Shown: positions 29,585 to 39,482, counted from the stretch's first letter. The stretch is 56,432 nt of DNA from an uncultured bacterium (GCA_965369865.1 CBDURU010000009.1:1-56432); one strand, 5' to 3'. The notes: generated from the letters alone by a model not told the origin. Made by a program: numbers and translations.

Positions 29585-29928
29585 CAGCAAATCCCTTTTA
29601 ACCCCCCCTCGTAAAGAATCCCGCATGCCTCGAACATACCCATGTCGGTAGCCATCACGGAGATGTTCAAGTCTTTCGCAAGTTCGATTGTCTGCTCGTC
29701 CGGTTTTCTCCCCCTTATATAAATAATTAAAATCGCATCCGCGAAATCCGCCGTCCTTACCGATTGCGAATTCACCAGGCCGGTTATTAACACGGCTTCA
29801 GGCTGCGCGAACGCAAGCACGTCGCTCATCATGTCGGAAGGCATTACGCTTTCAATTTCAGTATTGCCCGAATGCGAACTCGAAAGTTCCTCGCATCCAA
29901 GCAGTTCTTTTATCCGTGAAAGTTTCAA
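29584..29928 (-). CDS. DRTGG domain protein
   Basis: SDMMSDVLA, LITGLVNSQSVRTA, IRGRKP; likely TTG start at 29928. Confidence 0.85.
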   Translation of the reverse strand: MKLSRIKELLGCEELSSSHSGNTEIESVMPSDMMSDVLAFAQPEAVLITGLVNSQSVRTADFADAILIIYIRGRKPDEQTIELAKDLNISVMATDMGMFEACGILYEGGLKGIC

Positions 29929-29935
29929 TGTTCTC

Positions 29936-31354
29936 TTACCCCAGTGACTCAAGGTACTCCTGCATAGATTTTGCCGCTATACGTCCCGCGCCCATCGCAT
30001 TAATTACCGTAGCCGCACCGGATACGACATCTCCGCCGGCCCATACCCTGTCGAGCGAGGTTTTCCCGGTACCCTCGTCCGCCTCGATATTACCCTTTCT
30101 CCCTATTGTAAGCCCTTCAGTGTTTTGAGGAATTAATGGATTGGGACTGTTTCCGATCGCCGCAACCATCGCATCGCATTCCATCAGAAATTCAGAACCC
30201 TCAATTGGAACCGGACGGCGCCGCCCGGAGTCATCCGGCTCCCCAAGTTCCATCTTCAGGCACTCCATCCCGGTCAGCCACCCGTTCGCGTCGCCGATCA
30301 TTTTTGTCGGAAGTGTAAGATAATCGAATATGACGCCTTCTTCCTCGGCATTCTCCACTTCCTCCTCCCTGGCCGGAAGCTCCTCACGGCTGCGCCTGTA
30401 TACAATGTGCGACTCATCGGCTCCAAGACGCAGAGCGGTTCTGGCAGAGTCCATCGCGACATTTCCACCGCCTACTACCGCTACCTTGTGCGGACGCTTG
30501 ATCGGCGTGTCATATTCCGGAAACAAGTAACCCTTCATGAGATTGACCCTGGTGAGATATTCATTCGCAGAATAAACCCCGTTCAAATTCTCACCTGGAA
30601 TTCCAAGGAACCAGGGCAGTCCGGCTCCCGAACCCACGAATACCGCATCGAATTCTTCCAGTAGCGATTCTATCGTCTGGGTTTTCCCGATGATATAATC
30701 AAGGTGCAGTTTGACTCCAAGGTCCTTAACATAATCAACCTCGCGTTTAACTACCTCTTTCGGGAGCCTGAACTCCGGGATTCCGTACATCAGCACCCCA
30801 CCGGGTTCATGAAGGGCTTCGAAAATTTCCACATCGTGCCCCAGGACCGCAAGATCGGCTGCGACAGTAATACCAGCCGGACCTGATCCGACAATCGCAA
30901 CTTTCCTGCCTGTTTTCTTCTCTATTTCCGGGAGTTTTATGCCAAGTTCCGCAGCCTCGTAGTCGGCAGTGAACCTTTCAAGCCTGCCTATCGCGACGGG
31001 TTCCATCTTTTTTCCAACCACGCAGAGGATTTCGCACTGCTCCTCCTGCGGGCAAACACGTCCGCATATGGCCGGCAATGCGTTTTTATTTTTCAATTCC
31101 TTAGCGGCCGCAGTGAAATCCCCTTCGGCAATGTGCATTATGAATCCGGGGATATTTACCTCGACAGGACATCCCGGAATACATTGCGGTTTCTTGCATT
31201 GAAGACACCGTTCAGCTTCTTTCTTCGCCAGTTCCGGCGTAAATCCAAGTGCAACCTCATCGAAATTGCGTACCCGTTCCTCGGGCATCTGCTTCGGCAT
31301 CGGAACGCGTTTTGGATCTATTTTTTTCTTTTTCGGTTTAACTTCTTCAGCCAT
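29936..31354 (-). CDS. NfnB/SudA-like NADPH-dependent flavoprotein (GltD family)
   Basis: EAERCLQC..C..GCP, CGRVCPQE.QCE, GSGPAG, GGGNVAMD, AGGDVVSG. Confidence 0.92.
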   Translation of the reverse strand: MAEEVKPKKKKIDPKRVPMPKQMPEERVRNFDEVALGFTPELAKKEAERCLQCKKPQCIPGCPVEVNIPGFIMHIAEGDFTAAAKELKNKNALPAICGRVCPQEEQCEILCVVGKKMEPVAIGRLERFTADYEAAELGIKLPEIEKKTGRKVAIVGSGPAGITVAADLAVLGHDVEIFEALHEPGGVLMYGIPEFRLPKEVVKREVDYVKDLGVKLHLDYIIGKTQTIESLLEEFDAVFVGSGAGLPWFLGIPGENLNGVYSANEYLTRVNLMKGYLFPEYDTPIKRPHKVAVVGGGNVAMDSARTALRLGADESHIVYRRSREELPAREEEVENAEEEGVIFDYLTLPTKMIGDANGWLTGMECLKMELGEPDDSGRRRPVPIEGSEFLMECDAMVAAIGNSPNPLIPQNTEGLTIGRKGNIEADEGTGKTSLDRVWAGGDVVSGAATVINAMGAGRIAAKSMQEYLESLG

Positions 31355-31432
31355 CGGATATTTCCTTAAATACCAGAAAATCAGTTCTGATAACCATAAA
31401 GTTTATAAATATTTTCTATAAGAGCTTAAAAT

Positions 31433-32293
31433 TCAGGCACCTGTACAACTGTGCAAATGCTTTTCAGTACCCGCACCGCTTCTGCGCAGAGGCTCGACTT
31501 CCTCTTCGTTATATGTTTTTCTCCGCATGAGGAATTCTTCCCAGTCGATTAAATGCGCATCGAACTCCGGGCCGTCCACGCATGCGAATTTTATCTCACC
31601 ATCCACAGTAAGGCGGCAGACACCGCACATTCCGGTGCCGTCGATCATGATCGGATTCATGCTCACTATGGTCTTGATTTCCATAGGACGTGTAACATCG
31701 GACAGAAGCTTCATAAGGAAAGTACATCCGTTTCCGAAAATCCTGTCCGGTTCGATCTTATTCCTTTTTAAAACCTCACCGAGTCCGGTGACGTGGCCTT
31801 TCTGACCGTAACTCCCATCACGAGTGATTACGGTAACGCCATCGATAAGTTTCCGGAATTTATCCTCCCAGTAGACGAGATATTTCGCGCGGGCTTCGAT
31901 AACTATGTAGACCTTGTTTCCGGCTTCTTTCAAAGCCCTTGCAAGGGGGTACGACGCCCCGATACCGAAGCAACCGCTGACCAACAGGCAGGTTCCGAAC
32001 TTGTCAATTTTACTCTCAACTCCAAGAGGACCCGCATACGTTGGGATTTCCATTCCCGGCTTCAACAGCGCCAGCTTCATTGTCGATTCGCCGACTTCCT
32101 GGAATATCGATGTCACAGTACCCTTCTCCCTGTCGAAATCGGCAACCGACAGCGGCATTCTTTCGCCATATTCATTTGGGCGGATAATCACAAAATTACC
32201 CGGCAGGACCGATTTAGCGACATGGGGCGCTTCCACGACCAGCTCATGTATATTCGGAACGATCATCCGACGTTCGATAATCTTATAAGGCAC
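31433..32293 (-). CDS. NfnA/SudB-like FAD/[2Fe-2S] subunit
   Basis: ERMPLSVAD, GPLG, NPIMIDGTGMCGVCR, FACVDGPEFD. Confidence 0.9.
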   Translation of the reverse strand: MPYKIIERRMIVPNIHELVVEAPHVAKSVLPGNFVIIRPNEYGERMPLSVADFDREKGTVTSIFQEVGESTMKLALLKPGMEIPTYAGPLGVESKIDKFGTCLLVSGCFGIGASYPLARALKEAGNKVYIVIEARAKYLVYWEDKFRKLIDGVTVITRDGSYGQKGHVTGLGEVLKRNKIEPDRIFGNGCTFLMKLLSDVTRPMEIKTIVSMNPIMIDGTGMCGVCRLTVDGEIKFACVDGPEFDAHLIDWEEFLMRRKTYNEEEVEPLRRSGAGTEKHLHSCTGA

Positions 32294-34871
32294 TCTTTGT
32301 CACCTCCACCTTTACCGGATTCTGTTCCAATCGATACAGGTTATCCAGGTCCTTCCGGCCGCCAACACCACCCAGCGAATCGGGCACGAACAGGTATATA
32401 ACTCCTTCAGGCAACACCTTTTCGATTCTCGCCTGGGCTTTCCCGACTGCAGTATCCACTTTCACTTCAAGGATGTCACCTTCCTCGACACCAAGTGAAT
32501 CCGCATCGGCCTGGCTGATATAAAACCCGTTCTCCGGATTCAGAATTTGAAGTCCCTCAACCCTGGACGTGATCGAAATCCCCCTGTGCGTATAGCCTTC
32601 AGGGTGGAGGACAAGTATGAATTTTCCATCACCAACCTTCCCGGGATTGCCGATAGCTTCGGGGACCGGAACCGTCCCCGGCGTCTCGAAAACTCTTGCT
32701 TCACGATCAAGCTTGTCAGGCTCCGGGAATCCCGGCACCACATCGGCAATCTCACGCTGGATTTCTGTGACATACTCGTAATCGAACCCATCCGCGCCAA
32801 GTTTTTTCGCAAGCTGACTGAAAATCCACCAGTCCGGACGGGCGCGGCCGTACCTGACACTGTCCCGAAGTTCCTCGACCCTCAGGACCTCCTGTACCCG
32901 GCCCTCAAGATTCGTCAAAGTTCCGGCCGATTCGAGGAAACTCGATGCCGGTAAATATAAATCGCATTCAAAATCAGGTTCGTAAATATCCTGCACTATC
33001 AGGAAATCGCAATCCGGTCTCTCGAAGAACGGTACGGCTCCGGCAAGATATAAAACTTTTGGTCTTTTAGCCCCGGAAGTTATCTGATCGACCGTAATTC
33101 CTTCGTCGGACGCTAATTTCCCACCCCATTTCTCTTCGAACATCTCTATTGTTTCAGCATGGTCGCGACCCATCGCACCCGGCAGGAGTTCAGGGAATGT
33201 ACCCATCTCCATTGCGCCGCGAGCGTTTGTCCCGGTGTACAGGGGTAAAATTGTCGTATTGTCTTTACTCGCGAATGCCGTGATACCCTCGATGAGTTTA
33301 TTAACAGACGAGTAATGGAAAACACCCGGACCGAGGATTATCGTAAGGTCATCTCCCGATTCGATTATCTCCCTGGCTTCTTTCAGTAATTCAGAATCAA
33401 TCCCGGCTTCTTTCGCACCTGATTTAAGATCGGCATCGGTTCCGGCCAAAGCTTTAAGCAGACTACCCTCGTATCCGGGACCCGGTTGAATCCAGAGATC
33501 GGAATACCTCGCGAGATTATTCTCCCTTGGATCAATCGCGACCAGCTTCCCGCCTTTTTGCTGGGCCTTCCGGATTTCGACGCCGATAATCGAGAAATTG
33601 AATCTTGTATCCAGACCGATCACCAAAATCCTCGACGCGTTGCAAATCCCCCGGATGGATATCGGTCGGCTGAACAAATCCGCCCATAACCCCAGACGCC
33701 CCGAAAGCGACCGTCTCGCCGTCGAATCAATCGCGTTGGTTCCCATAACCATGCGGGTGAATTTCTGCGATGCGTATAATCCTTCATTCGTCATATCGGG
33801 TGAAACCAGCATCGCGAAATCCCCCGGCGCCAGGTCCTTCAACTTTTCCACGGCGATATCAAAAGCTTCGTCCCAGGTTTTCTCACGCCAGTAGTTGCCA
33901 TCCTTTGTCATTGGCTTACGAGCCCTTGAGAAATGATGCGACACTTCCCCAAGGCAGAAGCTTCCTTTCAGGCATGCCTGGGCGTCGTTGACAACCTCAT
34001 CGTGCGACGCAACGGCGCTTGAAAAACGTCCATCCTTGATCCTGAGATCGAGCTGGCACCCGATCGCGCAGTATGGACAAGTGCTCACAACCTGGAAGTC
34101 CGGTGTTCCGTCCCACTTGCTGGCCTTTTCAAATAATGTACCAGTCGGACAGACCGCGACACAAGCCCCGCAGAATTCACATCCGGCTTCAAGGTGACTT
34201 CGTCCGAAAGCCGGGCCGATCGTCGCATGGGGTCCGCGGTAATTGAATTCGAGTATTGCCGTACCTCGAACTTCCTGGCACATCCGCACGCAACGTCCGC
34301 AGAGAATGCAAAGGTTATAATCCCGGTCGTAAAACGGGTCCTCGCGTTCCTTTTCAAAACCACGGTAGAGGGTAGGGTAATCAAGCTCCTCTATCTCCAG
34401 TAATTCAACAAGTTTTTTGAGTTCGCAGTCGGTTTCGTTCGGGCACCACCTGCATCCGGTAGTGATACCCGATTTCCGTACGGTCCCGCCAAGGACCCGT
34501 TCACACTCGATTTTTTCCGCGCACACCATGCAGGTCGACGGGTGCTCGCTGAGGATCAACTGGAGAACGTCGCGACGGATATCCCGAATCGCTTCGTTCT
34601 CCGTAGTGACCTTCATTCCCTCAGTTACGGTTGTGTTGCAGGAAAGCGGATAACCCCGTAAACCCTCGATTTCAACTATGCAAAGCCTGCAACCGCCGTA
34701 GGGCGTCAGGTCTTTATGCGAGCACAGGGTCGGGATGTAAATACCATTAATTTCGGCAGCCCGGTGAACGGTCACGCCTTTCGGGGCGGTCACCTGCTTC
34801 CCGTCAATATCGAGGTTTATTAATTCTTCCTTTGGCATTTTCTTATTCTTACGGTCAGTGGTTAATGTCAT
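32283..34871 (-). CDS. NuoG/FdhA-like Fe-S protein of the molybdopterin oxidoreductase fold
   Basis: [2Fe-2S] PTLC..GCRLC..C, His-ligated cluster, CILCGRC and CEFCGAC, CPYCAIGC..CLKG; ESAGTLTNLEGRVQ; no Cys/Sec at the Mo-ligand site. Confidence 0.85.
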   Translation of the reverse strand: MTLTTDRKNKKMPKEELINLDIDGKQVTAPKGVTVHRAAEINGIYIPTLCSHKDLTPYGGCRLCIVEIEGLRGYPLSCNTTVTEGMKVTTENEAIRDIRRDVLQLILSEHPSTCMVCAEKIECERVLGGTVRKSGITTGCRWCPNETDCELKKLVELLEIEELDYPTLYRGFEKEREDPFYDRDYNLCILCGRCVRMCQEVRGTAILEFNYRGPHATIGPAFGRSHLEAGCEFCGACVAVCPTGTLFEKASKWDGTPDFQVVSTCPYCAIGCQLDLRIKDGRFSSAVASHDEVVNDAQACLKGSFCLGEVSHHFSRARKPMTKDGNYWREKTWDEAFDIAVEKLKDLAPGDFAMLVSPDMTNEGLYASQKFTRMVMGTNAIDSTARRSLSGRLGLWADLFSRPISIRGICNASRILVIGLDTRFNFSIIGVEIRKAQQKGGKLVAIDPRENNLARYSDLWIQPGPGYEGSLLKALAGTDADLKSGAKEAGIDSELLKEAREIIESGDDLTIILGPGVFHYSSVNKLIEGITAFASKDNTTILPLYTGTNARGAMEMGTFPELLPGAMGRDHAETIEMFEEKWGGKLASDEGITVDQITSGAKRPKVLYLAGAVPFFERPDCDFLIVQDIYEPDFECDLYLPASSFLESAGTLTNLEGRVQEVLRVEELRDSVRYGRARPDWWIFSQLAKKLGADGFDYEYVTEIQREIADVVPGFPEPDKLDREARVFETPGTVPVPEAIGNPGKVGDGKFILVLHPEGYTHRGISITSRVEGLQILNPENGFYISQADADSLGVEEGDILEVKVDTAVGKAQARIEKVLPEGVIYLFVPDSLGGVGGRKDLDNLYRLEQNPVKVEVTKSAL

Positions 34872-34927
34872 ATTTATAATCAGCTTCCTGTGGATTTAAA
34901 CATGAGTCCCCTGGTAATGCTTATTTG

Positions 34928-36817
34928 TTAAGTTGCCGTCCCGGACGTGATAACGATCGCGTCGCCGGCGATCGCGTCGAACCTGCATGCTTCATAGCAC
35001 GCACGGCACTTGATACAAAGGCTTTCATCGATGTTATGAGGCTCCGATCTTGGACCCGTGATCGCGTTGGTCGGACACACTTTCACGCACGACTGGCAGC
35101 CGGTGCATTTGTCGGCAATTACCCTGAACTCAACCAGTTCGCTGCAAACCGCGGCAGGACATCGATTTTCAAGGATATGCGCGAGATATTCATCCCTGAA
35201 ATATTTCAGCGTTGATAATGCTGGATTTGGAGCAGTCTGGCCCAGACCGCATAACGCCGATCTCTTTATGGACGTGCCCAGTTTTTCGAGTTTATCCAAG
35301 TCCTCGATATCGGACTGCCCGGTGGTGATCCGCTCGAGAATTTCCCAAAGCTGGCGGGTCCCGACCCGGCAGGGCACACATTTCCCGCACGATTCCGATT
35401 GTGTGAAATTCAGGAAATATTTCGCGAGATCCACGACGCACGTATTGTCATCGAGGACGATTAAACCACCTGAACCCATGATCGAGCCGGCTTTAGCGAG
35501 TGTTTCGTAATCGATTGGCGTATCCAGGAATTCTTCGCTAAGGCAACCACCGGAGGGACCACCAGTCTGGACAGCCTTGAATTTCCTGAATAACCCTCCC
35601 CCAATATCAAATATGATTTCCCTCAAAGTCATTCCCATCGGAACCTCGATAAGTCCAGTTCGCCGGACCCGTCCAACAAGGGAAAACGTTTTCGTGCCGC
35701 TGGTGTTCTCGGTCCCGATATTGCTGTACCAGTCCGAACCCCTTCGAACGATAGTCGCGATTGTACCGAGCGTTTCCACATTGTTAATTGTCGTTGGTTT
35801 CCCCCAGAGACCCGATTGAGCGGGGAAGGGCGGACGGCTTCGAGGCATACCGCGTTTTCCCTCAATCGATGCCATCAGCGCGGTTTCTTCACCGCATACA
35901 AAAGCCCCCGCGCCTTTTTTGATTGTGACATCGAAATCGAAGCCTGAACCGAGGATATTCTCACCGATCAACCCGGTTCCAATCATCTGTTCGATCGCGT
36001 TTTCAAGACGCTCGATCGCAAGCGGATATTCAGCACGGATGTAAATGTAGCCTTTCGACGCGCCGATCGTATAAGCCGCGATTACAAGCCCTTCAAGAAC
36101 CGCGTGCGGATCGCCTTCGATCAGCGACCGGTTCATGAACGCTCCCGGGTCGCCCTCATCGGCGTTGCAGATCATGTATTTCTGATCGCCGGGCGCATCC
36201 CGGCAGAAACCCCACTTTAATCCTGTCGGGAATCCCGCGCCGCCGCGTCCGCGAATCCCACTCGCCTTTATAATTTCAAGAACCTTCTCCGGTTCATGCG
36301 CAAGCGCGTATTCAAGTGCTTTGTAGCCATCGCGGGCAAGGTAATGGTCGATACTGTTCGGATCGATTATCCCGCAGTTCCTGAGAACGATCCGTTCCTG
36401 CTTTGCCAGCATCGGGTGATCCCAGAACTTCTTTAAACCTCCATCGTCATCGCTGTCATCAAAGGTGCCGACAAAATCCCGGTCGGGAATCTTTTCCTCC
36501 TCGAAAATCTCCCTGAAAATATTTTCAACTTTCGACGGGCTGACATTCGAGTAACTTAAACGAGGTTTGCCGGGAAGTTTGATATCGATTAACGGCTCAA
36601 GATAACAAGGACCGATACACCCGACTTCCATAAATTCCGCGTCTATTTTGAGTTCCTTAAGTGTTTCTTCAGCCGCAACCCAGGTTTCCATCGCTCCCGC
36701 CGCACGCCCACAGGTGCCGGCCCCGACAATGATCACCGGTTTCTTATTATTTTCGAAAGCCTTCCATATTTTCATGGCGGCCTTTCGTCTCTTATCAAGA
36801 TTCTTCATCTTCATCAA
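34928..36817 (-). CDS. NuoF/HydB-like NADH-binding flavoprotein
   Basis: RGRGGAGFPTG, CNADEGDPGAFM, GAGAFVCGEET, ESCGKCVPCR, C-terminal 2x[4Fe-4S]. Confidence 0.94.
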   Translation of the reverse strand: MMKMKNLDKRRKAAMKIWKAFENNKKPVIIVGAGTCGRAAGAMETWVAAEETLKELKIDAEFMEVGCIGPCYLEPLIDIKLPGKPRLSYSNVSPSKVENIFREIFEEEKIPDRDFVGTFDDSDDDGGLKKFWDHPMLAKQERIVLRNCGIIDPNSIDHYLARDGYKALEYALAHEPEKVLEIIKASGIRGRGGAGFPTGLKWGFCRDAPGDQKYMICNADEGDPGAFMNRSLIEGDPHAVLEGLVIAAYTIGASKGYIYIRAEYPLAIERLENAIEQMIGTGLIGENILGSGFDFDVTIKKGAGAFVCGEETALMASIEGKRGMPRSRPPFPAQSGLWGKPTTINNVETLGTIATIVRRGSDWYSNIGTENTSGTKTFSLVGRVRRTGLIEVPMGMTLREIIFDIGGGLFRKFKAVQTGGPSGGCLSEEFLDTPIDYETLAKAGSIMGSGGLIVLDDNTCVVDLAKYFLNFTQSESCGKCVPCRVGTRQLWEILERITTGQSDIEDLDKLEKLGTSIKRSALCGLGQTAPNPALSTLKYFRDEYLAHILENRCPAAVCSELVEFRVIADKCTGCQSCVKVCPTNAITGPRSEPHNIDESLCIKCRACYEACRFDAIAGDAIVITSGTAT

Positions 36818-37253
36818 ACACCTTCCTGAGCTTCAGGACCGACAGTTGGCTGTGAATCGTATCATCGATTTTCACAACCGGGGCAAGCGCACAGCATCCC
36901 AGACATGCCACATGCTCGAGATCGTATTTCCCGTCCGCGGTTGTCTCTCCCATCTTTGCGTCTAACTGGTATTCCAGTGAAACTGACAACTGCTGCCCGC
37001 CCTTGACGTGGCAGGCGGTGCCCATGCAAACCTGGATATGGTGTTCACCCGGAGGTTGAAAACGAAACTGTGAGTAAAAGGTCGCCACACCGTAAATTTC
37101 ATTCTCGGTGATCCTGATTTTTTGCGAGATTTGCTTTACCGCTTCTTCAGTGATATAGCCTAACGAATGCTGGGCATGTTGAAGAATCGGAATAAGGTCG
37201 CTACGAATACCGGAAAATCCATCGAGGTCCAGAGTTACCGCCGTACCGGTCAT
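36795..37253 (-). CDS. NuoE/HydC-like [2Fe-2S] subunit
   Basis: GVATFYSQF, VCMGTACHVKG, ACLGCCALAP. Confidence 0.94.
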   Translation of the reverse strand: MTGTAVTLDLDGFSGIRSDLIPILQHAQHSLGYITEEAVKQISQKIRITENEIYGVATFYSQFRFQPPGEHHIQVCMGTACHVKGGQQLSVSLEYQLDAKMGETTADGKYDLEHVACLGCCALAPVVKIDDTIHSQLSVLKLRKVFDEDEES

Positions 37254-37372
37254 AAATTACCTCCAGCAGGTTTCTTGGTTTCTTTACTAAATTACATTTA
37301 CGTTCCCGTAAATGCACAGGTTATGAAAAAATCCGATTATTTCCTGATCCCAAAAAGCACTTACACGGCTAA

Positions 37373-37702
37373 TTATTCAATACCCATCTCGTGAAGCTTG
37401 ATAGTCAATTTCCACGCATCCAGGTCGGTTTTGAACAAAGTTATGCCGACACGATCGGCAAGCTTGATCACATCGTCCGGCGGTTGTTTTCCCCTGACAT
37501 ACACAATGGCCACTGCATCTACCAGGTTTGCTGTCGCGATCAGGTTTTTATGCGTCTGAATGGTCAGGAGAAGGCTGTTGGCCGCGGCTCCGGCTACAAT
37601 ATCCGAAACCATATCGGAAATAAAAACCCCCTCTATCTCCTTGTCATTTACAGTATTAATGGGTGTCAGATCGGCACTTTTGGCGATGTCGGTAACTTTC
37701 AT
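37373..37702 (-). CDS. DRTGG domain protein
   Basis: FISDMVSDIVA, TIQTHKN..A.A.L. Confidence 0.82.
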   Translation of the reverse strand: MKVTDIAKSADLTPINTVNDKEIEGVFISDMVSDIVAGAAANSLLLTIQTHKNLIATANLVDAVAIVYVRGKQPPDDVIKLADRVGITLFKTDLDAWKLTIKLHEMGIE

Positions 37703-37762
37703 GATTCTCTCCGGTTTTTATCCTTCAATCGACGTAATATTGGCCTGTTTTTCAGCCCGTTC

Positions 37763-38293
37763 TTAATCGATATCTTTCATTCCGAAGTCCGTTATGATCT
37801 CGGCCTGGCAGAAATCAATACTCTCCCTCAGGATACAGGGCACAAAAATAATTTTCTTCCCAGGTGTTTTAATCCTCGAATTGAAATACTCGGTCAATGC
37901 GTCGGTTTCCTCTCGGTGCACACATTCCCCAGCCTGGTGAAGCGTCTCGTTACACTGGGCGAGATAAACCCACGTAGTCCCTTCCTCGTCCTTAATGCCC
38001 TTTAACGCGGCTTTGCACTCATCCTTACAACCGACACACATAGCCAGTGACTGTGTCCTGTCAAGTTTGACTATCTTTTTGCACTTCCTGCATTGCAGAT
38101 CGAAATTAATCGCCTGGGAGCTTCCAAGGAACCGCCAGATATGGTCGCCATCCACATATGTGTCCATGTGATGACGATCCTCCAGCGTGAAGAAATTCGC
38201 ACGCTCACCGGTGCGCAAGCATCCCTCTGTAACAAGATAGCCGCTGCGAAGGTTTATGATCTCCCACCAATGCTGACAGCTTTCGTGTGACAT
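37763..38293 (-). CDS. Cys-rich hypothetical protein heading the redox operon
   Basis: AGGAG RBS; CQH, CRKC, CVGC..EC and further Cys residues. Confidence 0.7.
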   Translation of the reverse strand: MSHESCQHWWEIINLRSGYLVTEGCLRTGERANFFTLEDRHHMDTYVDGDHIWRFLGSSQAINFDLQCRKCKKIVKLDRTQSLAMCVGCKDECKAALKGIKDEEGTTWVYLAQCNETLHQAGECVHREETDALTEYFNSRIKTPGKKIIFVPCILRESIDFCQAEIITDFGMKDID

Positions 38294-38756
38294 TATGTCT
38301 CCTGTCTGTTGACCGGCGTTATCACACCTGAACCCCGTAAGGACTCTATCTATTTTTTACGGGGATTCTCCCAGCCGGGTTGGGCCACATTCCCGAAGAA
38401 CTTTTTCCGAAATAAAATGTGCCGCAGGCGGCACTCATGAACCGATCTGTGACCCTACTGAATAAAGCCGACAATATCCAAAAACCAAGGTGTACTATAT
38501 CATTTTTGAATGTAATTAATAAACAGTTACATAATGATTTAGCTTCATTATCACTAAAAATTCAGGTTGAAAGTTAAAAATATCAATAGAATTAAATATG
38601 TTGCTGTCTAATACGCTTTGAATTCATGGAAAGGCGTCCCTGAATCTAAGATTGGTATAAATACCCAATCAAATTACCAAATTTGCATATTCCTTTTACC
38701 TTCAGGCTCTAATCTGCTAGAATTTCCAGAATATTTTTAAAGGAGAAATCTAAGCG

Positions 38757-39341
38757 ATGAAAATCTTGAAATTATCTCTAACCTTTGCGATAGCCTTGCT
38801 TGCGATTTTTGTACTCACCGCGATCCCTGCCTCGGCGGATATCGAGGAAAAAATCGAGAAGGACAGTGCCGTGCCACCCGAGCAGCTCGAAACCGGCATG
38901 CTTCCACCTGATTTTACAGTGGTCGATCTGGAGGGTAATGTATTTACACTCTCTGAAATGGCCGGTGAAATGCCCGTCGTTATCGACTTCTGGGCTACCT
39001 GGTGTCCTCCATGTCTTGCGGAAATCCCCGTGCTTGTTGAATTTGCCAACATGTACGAGGGCCGGGTCCAGGTCGTCGGCATATCACTCGACAGGCCCGG
39101 CGACACGGAAACGGTAGCCGATAACCTTGAAAAGGTAACCGATTTCGTGGATGAAAATGAAATCCCCTACATCATTGTTTACGGCTACGAGGACAACCAG
39201 GTAATAAGCGGCGAGTATTTTGTTAGAGGAATCCCGGCGCTTTTCATCATCGGTTCCGATGGGAAATTACTGAACATCCATATCGGATATTCGGCCGAGA
39301 GCGACCTGATCGGGGAACTCGAAGAAGAACTTGGGCTTTAA
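38757..39341 (+). CDS. TlpA-family thiol-disulfide oxidoreductase
   Basis: Signal peptide; PDFTV.DLEG, DFWATWCPPC, VRGIP. Confidence 0.92.
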   Translation: MKILKLSLTFAIALLAIFVLTAIPASADIEEKIEKDSAVPPEQLETGMLPPDFTVVDLEGNVFTLSEMAGEMPVVIDFWATWCPPCLAEIPVLVEFANMYEGRVQVVGISLDRPGDTETVADNLEKVTDFVDENEIPYIIVYGYEDNQVISGEYFVRGIPALFIIGSDGKLLNIHIGYSAESDLIGELEEELGL

Positions 39342-39349
39342 TTACCACC

Positions 39350-39415
39350 TTAATCCTTCCCCGGTCTGCCCCTGGACTTCAGCACGAAGGGGAATCCCAT
39401 CCGCGCTACGGCTTG
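39350..39415 (-). mobile_element. Possible remnant of a tyrosine-transposase (RAYT-like) 3' end
   Basis: Minus strand reads QAVARMGFPFVLKSRGRPGKD*; shares TCCTTCCCCGGTCTGCCC with the 50217-50357 element. Confidence 0.45.
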
Positions 39416-39445
39416 TCAACAGTACCTGACTTGTAATCAAGATAT

Positions 39446-39482
39446 AAAAAAATCTCCCGTTTGTTGACGGGAGATTATTTTT
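39446..39482 (-). terminator. Intrinsic terminator of 39503..43033
   Basis: AATCTCCCGT..ACGGGAGATT stem with an A run (U run on the minus strand). Confidence 0.8.

Noticed and set aside
29936..31354. Glutamate synthase small subunit
   Set aside because: No large subunit nearby; the adjacent NfnA/SudB-like gene points to an Nfn-type pair.
32283..34871. Selenocysteine formate dehydrogenase
   Set aside because: No in-frame TGA and no Cys-His at the Mo-ligand position.
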